From: Monocercomonoides exilis PA203
Taxonomy: Eukaryota > Protista > Preaxostyla
NCBI GenBank assembly: GCA_001643675.2
Contig: LSRY02000029.1
Span: 1 to 64,000, forward strand
DNA: 64,000 bases
Direction of reading: 5' to 3'
Numbering within the stretch: the first letter of the stretch is position 1; each line of letters opens with the position of its first letter. Shown here piece after piece: positions 62,504-64,000 of the stretch. A model generated the notes under the pieces. The model was not told the origin of the DNA and did no database searches. It saw only the letters and a program-made list of their open reading frames with translations. The translations under genes and the position numbers were made by a program.

Positions 62504-64000
62504 TTATAATAAAACACAACAGCCCAATCCTGATCTATCAGAGAGAGGAGGGTCAGAATGGCTGTAGCTGTAGCTGCTGAAGCTGCCTCTGTTGCTTTTA
62601 TTGCTAATGTTCATGTTGCTGTTAGTGTTGCCGTCATTTTGATGTTGTTCATTAGCCAATGCAGAAACAGAAGAAGAGGTGAATTTGCCTCTGATTAATT
62701 CTGCTTCCTTCATCTTTTTTATCTTTTCCTTTTCGTCTTCTTCCTCTTTACAATCATCATCATCATCTTCTTCTTCTTCTTCTTCTTCTTCTTCTTCTTC
62801 TTCTTCTTCTTCTTCTAATGATGATGTTAAGGATGAAAATGATGATGACGATGCTAATTGCATTGCCAAAGCAATCAACATTTTCTTTTTCTCCTTCTCC
62901 GCTTCTTCCTCCTCTCTTCCTTTCCCCTCTTCCTCAACCTCTTCCTCTTCCACTTCCTCTTTCTCACTAATTCCCCATTGCTCATCCAATTGATTCATCT
63001 TGTTTGTGCTTTTTCTTCCACTCAGTTTTGGAGAAGATAGCTTTTTGAATGCTAACACGCCTGTTGCATAAGCAGAATTTGTTGCATTTGCTGCATTCGA
63101 ATAAGAATTTGGATAGGAATTTGGATAAGAAGAGGAATAAGATGACGAATATGTCAATGAAGCAGAAGAAGCAGAGGTAAAAGGAGAAGAAGAGGAGGAG
63201 GAGGAAGATGATGAAGAAGAAGAAGCAAACGATGTTGCTGATGAAGCAGCAACTGCCCCACTCGTTGCATGTTGCTCTGTCACACAACGCTTCCCAGAGC
63301 CACTCAAATGAGGTGTGGAGAGAGGAGAAGCAGAACTATGCACTCCATTCATTGTATTCATTGTATTTACTCCATTTATTCCTTTCACTCCATGTAACTT
63401 ATTCACTCCACCCCCTCCATGTCCTCCATGTCCTCCACAAACAGGAGACAAACAAACAGAGCTTGAGTGTGACGGGGTCGAATTCCCCATCGAAGGAAAA
63501 ACCATTTTTTCATTGCTGCCAAATGTTTGATTGAGAGGCGAATGATGAGAAGCCAAAGGAGAGGAAAGTTCTGTTGAATGGAATGTGTTGGCTGCAACGT
63601 GCATAACATCACTGGGCTCATTCCCTTCTACATCTTCAGTCTGCGTGTGGGTGATGTCTTCTTCTTCTTCTTCTCCTTCTCCTTCTTCAATTTCCTCTTC
63701 TCCTTCTCTTCCTTCTCCTTTCCCACAAAGGGAATTATGATAGATTTCATTGCTTTTGATGCTTCTTCCACAAATTCTGTTCATTTTGACATTTTTATTC
63801 ATATTTGTGTTTGCAACATTTCTCTCTTTTTTATCTTTCCTCAATATTTTCAGTGAATTTCGTTCTTTTCTGTTTATCTGCTTCAATCCACCTTCTTCTT
63901 CTTCTCTAACAAAAAGACTGCAATTTTGTGGTGTGTTAAACAAAGCTGTGCTTTTCCTTGCTTCAACAATTGCATCGATATCTTCTTCCTCTTCTTCTTC
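62504..64000 (-). CDS. 3' part of a low-complexity (Ser/Glu-rich) host protein ending in a CaaX box (CCVLL)
   Basis: Frame is open from the window edge to the stop at 62504. C-terminus is GLGCCVLL*. Confidence 0.65.
   Translation of the reverse strand, partial: EEEEEEDIDAIVEARKSTALFNTPQNCSLFVREEEEGGLKQINRKERNSLKILRKDKKERNVANTNMNKNVKMNRICGRSIKSNEIYHNSLCGKGEGREGEEEIEEGEGEEEEEDITHTQTEDVEGNEPSDVMHVAANTFHSTELSSPLASHHSPLNQTFGSNEKMVFPSMGNSTPSHSSSVCLSPVCGGHGGHGGGGVNKLHGVKGINGVNTMNTMNGVHSSASPLSTPHLSGSGKRCVTEQHATSGAVAASSATSFASSSSSSSSSSSSSPFTSASSASLTYSSSYSSSYPNSYPNSYSNAANATNSAYATGVLAFKKLSSPKLSGRKSTNKMNQLDEQWGISEKEEVEEEEVEEEGKGREEEEAEKEKKKMLIALAMQLASSSSFSSLTSSLEEEEEEEEEEEEEEEEDDDDDCKEEEDEKEKIKKMKEAELIRGKFTSSSVSALANEQHQNDGNTNSNMNISNKSNRGSFSSYSYSHSDPPLSDRSGLGCCVLL

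Overview
AT-rich eukaryotic DNA with GT-AG introns and the standard genetic code. The gene families resemble oxymonad (Monocercomonoides-like) ones, but that is inference. The window is mostly nested DNA transposons and decayed host-gene copies. The main feature is a ~6.3-kb element (12576-18898) whose single intact 3-exon gene (13345-17486, ~1330 aa) fuses a ubiquitin-specific protease (USP/C19, catalytic Cys and His boxes intact) to a Sola-like DDD transposase. Its ends are ~0.5-kb inverted repeats built from nested palindromes whose 76-bp central loop is in direct ('flip-flop') orientation. A compact pseudoknotted RNA-like fold starts 5 nt after its stop codon. A related stand-alone USP with a 60-bp x ~20 repeat lies at 2562-5516. 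Also present: a Tc1/IS630-like element with a hAT nested inside it, a second non-autonomous hAT, a pogo DD35D element, a Harbinger/ISL2EU transposase, a DD34E Tc1 interrupted by a MITE, a ~4-kb segmental duplication, beta-helix surface-protein copies, a 4-exon SPRY-like gene, and the 3' end of a CaaX protein.
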